A stretch of DNA of 64,000 nt, taken from contig CALKHM010000104.1 in the NCBI GenBank assembly GCA_937988695.1, forward strand, positions 35,131-99,130, given 5' to 3'. The position numbers and the translations under genes were made by a program. This DNA is from an uncultured Microbacterium sp. Lineage in GTDB: Bacteria; Actinomycetota; Actinomycetes; Actinomycetales; Microbacteriaceae. The notes below the pieces were generated by a model. The model worked only from the letters and a program-made list of their open reading frames with translations, had not been told where the DNA came from and made no database searches. Of this stretch, positions 59,437 to 64,000 are shown piece by piece (position 1 is the stretch's first letter; each line of letters starts with the position of its first letter).

Positions 59437-60896
59437 TGTATGATCTCCTCGCCGACGATCCGCTCCAGCTCCGCCAGTGTCGTGGCGAAGTCCGAGAGGA
59501 CGCGGAAATAGCTCGTTTCGTAGTTGAACAGCGTAGCTTGCGTGTCGAGCAGCGACAGGAAATCGGCTCGGCCCACCTGGTATCCCGCAGTCGCCGACGT
59601 CAGGGCCGCCTGCCCCTGCGGCAGGATGGCCTTCACGTAGAGCGCGAGCTGCGCCCGGTCGCGCTCGAGCTCCGCGTGGAGCCGGGCGACCTCGGCGCGG
59701 AGCGTGTTCGCTCGCTCGTGGTGCTCCGCCTCGAGCGCCGCGAGTTCGGCGCTCGCCTCGGCGACGAGTTGGTCCTGTTTGCGCCCCCGCTGGATCGGTA
59801 TGGGGATCGACACCTGGGCCGAGACCATGTCGCTGAAGCCGTTACGGTGGCCGTAGGAGACAGAAATGTCGAAGTCAGGCAGATGCTCCTTCTGCGCGAG
59901 CTCCACGCGCGCTGCTTGCGCCGCGATCATCGCCTCATGGGCGCGGAGCATCGAGTTCTGCCGCACCGCGGCTGCCTGCAGTGTCGCGAGCGCCGGGAGC
60001 GGCGAGTCCGCCGCGCGTGCGCCGAGTGTCGCCGAGGCGAAGCGTACTTGGGCGGCCGAATCGGCGATGGCGGCCCGCGCGACACGGCGCGGGACGACGG
60101 GCTCGGCCACCGGCGTCTCGCTGGGGCGATCGAGCACCGCGTTGAGGCGGGCGAGCGCTGCCCGCCGCTGCTCGGTGAGTGCCACCGCCTCCTCCCCGAG
60201 CCGGGCGGCCTCGACCCGGACGCGGAGCACGTCCTCCTGGCCGCCAGTGCCGACGCCGTACCGGGCTTCCGTCACCCGCATGAAATAGAGGAGGAGCCGC
60301 CGGTTGCGCTCGACGATCTCGAGCGCCCGATCGAGGTAGGCGAGGTCGTAGTATGAGCCCTTGACCGCTTCTTCGACCGCGAGCCGAGCCTCCACGAGCT
60401 CGACCTCGGCGGCCGCGAGCTCATGCTCCGCCGCTCGCGTCCTGAGCGAGAGCTTGCCCGGGTAGGGGATCGTCTGGCCGACGCCGACCATCTTCATCGT
60501 CATGAAGTCGGCGAAGCCAGGCTCGGTGACGGGGAGGTTCTGGATGCCCGCCATGAGCATCGGATCGGGGCGCGCGCCCGCGGGCGTGATCCGGGCGTGC
60601 GCCGCATCGACGCGCGACCGCGCCGCTCGAATCGCGGGATTCGTGGCGAGCGCCACCGCGACGAGCGAATCGAGGCTGCCACGCTCGAGCACCGCGGTGC
60701 GGCGCCCTGAGCCCGGTGGTGCCGAGCCCGGTGGTGCGGCAGTCGCCGGCGGAGCCTGCGCGAGCGCGGTCAAGGCAGGCGTGGCGGCCATGGTCGCGCA
60801 CGCGACGGCCATGACGACCGTCCGGGCACGTCGCGTCGCATGGAGCAGGCGCCACGGAGAGCCCGCCAAGGCGGCGGGCGGATGAATGGAGCGCAT
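59433..60896 (-). CDS. TolC-family outer membrane factor (cus operon 2)
   Basis: PDPMLMAG, MTMKM, GYQVG. Confidence 0.9.
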   Translation of the reverse strand: MRSIHPPAALAGSPWRLLHATRRARTVVMAVACATMAATPALTALAQAPPATAAPPGSAPPGSGRRTAVLERGSLDSLVAVALATNPAIRAARSRVDAAHARITPAGARPDPMLMAGIQNLPVTEPGFADFMTMKMVGVGQTIPYPGKLSLRTRAAEHELAAAEVELVEARLAVEEAVKGSYYDLAYLDRALEIVERNRRLLLYFMRVTEARYGVGTGGQEDVLRVRVEAARLGEEAVALTEQRRAALARLNAVLDRPSETPVAEPVVPRRVARAAIADSAAQVRFASATLGARAADSPLPALATLQAAAVRQNSMLRAHEAMIAAQAARVELAQKEHLPDFDISVSYGHRNGFSDMVSAQVSIPIPIQRGRKQDQLVAEASAELAALEAEHHERANTLRAEVARLHAELERDRAQLALYVKAILPQGQAALTSATAGYQVGRADFLSLLDTQATLFNYETSYFRVLSDFATTLAELERIVGEEIIQ

Positions 60897-61068
60897 GAGG
60901 TCCCAGGGTGGAGTCCACAGTGCCGCGAGGACGGATGCCGACGAGCATCACCACGCGCGCACATCACACGCCCGCGCACAATCCCCGATTGGGAGAGGAG
61001 CGTGCGTGAGCGGTACACGGGCGGCCGGTCGCTCCAAGGATCGGGGACCGGCGCACGCTTTTAGTGGA

Positions 61069-61485
61069 CTACGCCCTGGGAGGGGGGAGCTCGGGCGGTT
61101 GGGCCTGCGGCGGCGGCGCGAGGATAGCGAGGGCGATCACCGCGACGGGCGTGGCCTTCGGCACCGTCAGCGCCGGGGCGGGAACGGCCAGCGCCACCGG
61201 GCCGCACGGCGCCATCGAGTGGCATCCAGCAGGTGCCCACGGGAACCGGCACGGCGCCTCGTCGGACGAGCCATCCGAGTCGTCCGGGCCGCCCCGCATG
61301 TCCATGCCGGCCATGTCCATGCCGGCCATGTCCATGCCGGTCATGTCACCAGCGGACACCACCATCGCGCCCGCCATACCAAGCTCCATGCCCGGCATCT
61401 GGCACGCGAAGCCGCTCTCGACCAGCAGGAGCTGAGCGAGCAGCACAGTCACGAAGAGAGCAGTGATGCGGCGGATGCGGGCCAT
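61069..61485 (-). CDS. CutF/DUF2946-like leader protein of cus operon 2
   Basis: RRITALFV signal/TM, (GMDMA)n, C-x8-C-x2-M-x2-C, C-terminal PELPPPRA. Confidence 0.8.
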   Translation of the reverse strand: MARIRRITALFVTVLLAQLLLVESGFACQMPGMELGMAGAMVVSAGDMTGMDMAGMDMAGMDMRGGPDDSDGSSDEAPCRFPWAPAGCHSMAPCGPVALAVPAPALTVPKATPVAVIALAILAPPPQAQPPELPPPRA

Positions 61486-61644
61486 GGGCGAAGAGTATAG
61501 CCACAGATCGCTCCGGGGAAGTCCCATAACCGGGACGATCGACCACACCCTGCTATCGCGTACGGGCGCCACGATAGGTATGCAATCTGCCGCTCGTGAC
61601 CTCATCATGAGCAACCCGCGAGCACTCCAACCCTCGAGGTCGAG

Positions 61645-61839
61645 ATGGCGACAGCAACGGACCCCGTCTGCGGCATGACGGTGGACACGACGTCCGCCGC
61701 CGGAACGGCGGAGCATCAGGGGCAGACCTACTACTTCTGCTCCAAGCAGTGCGTTCGGGACTTCACGGCGGATCCTGAGCGGTACGTGGGGCGCACCGGC
61801 TCGGCGTCCGGCGACCGTGGGAGCGCCGAGGCCCGCTGA
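61645..61839 (+). CDS. YHS domain protein
   Basis: TDPVCGM...YYFCSKQC...F..DPERY. Confidence 0.9.
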   Translation: MATATDPVCGMTVDTTSAAGTAEHQGQTYYFCSKQCVRDFTADPERYVGRTGSASGDRGSAEAR

Positions 61840-61886
61840 CGGTGATACTGCATCCCCTGGCGATCCCATCCGGACCGAAGCCCACG

Positions 61887-64000
<2,114 letters not shown>

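Noticed and set aside
61554-61578. CsoR or CueR operator upstream of YHS-copA
   Set aside because: A dyad (CTATCGCG...CACGATAG) exists but matches neither consensus, and no such regulator is in the window.

Overview
This is a very GC-rich heavy-metal resistance and homeostasis island. The protein style and gene context suggest a Gemmatimonadota-like host, which is inference only. From left to right it holds: (1) a copper-associated operon ending in an AMP/thymidine-phosphorylase-like gene and prs; (2) a merR-merA-merT-merP module bracketed by imperfect Tn7/Tn5053-like TG...CA ends with no transposase, which also contains a tRNA-3'-end att-like site; (3) a cus-type TolC-MFP-RND operon next to a BlaI/M56 pair and copC; (4) a decayed block with copB, a Csp-like gene and an IS5 remnant, plus an intact AbrB-Doc toxin-antitoxin pair; (5) a porin-multicopper oxidase-ZIP-DtxR operon with a DtxR-type box; (6) a long czcCBA-PII-DUF411-P1B4 ATPase-CDF-HEAT-HEAT operon; (7) a divergent ArsR/CadC operon with lgt, lspA, pseudo-feoB and a damaged cadA; (8) a second cus operon; (9) YHS and copA, which runs off the window. 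The most striking signal is that each of the three RND efflux operons begins with a small exported leader ORF. Each leader has a signal/TM segment, a metal-binding motif matched to its pump (Met/Cys for cus, His/Cys for czc), a 44-47 residue spacer and a C-terminal proline-rich motif. For czc, the 10 nt after the leader stop codon pair with the ribosome-binding site of czcC. This suggests metal-sensing ribosome-stalling translational control of RND efflux, related to CutF/CruR.
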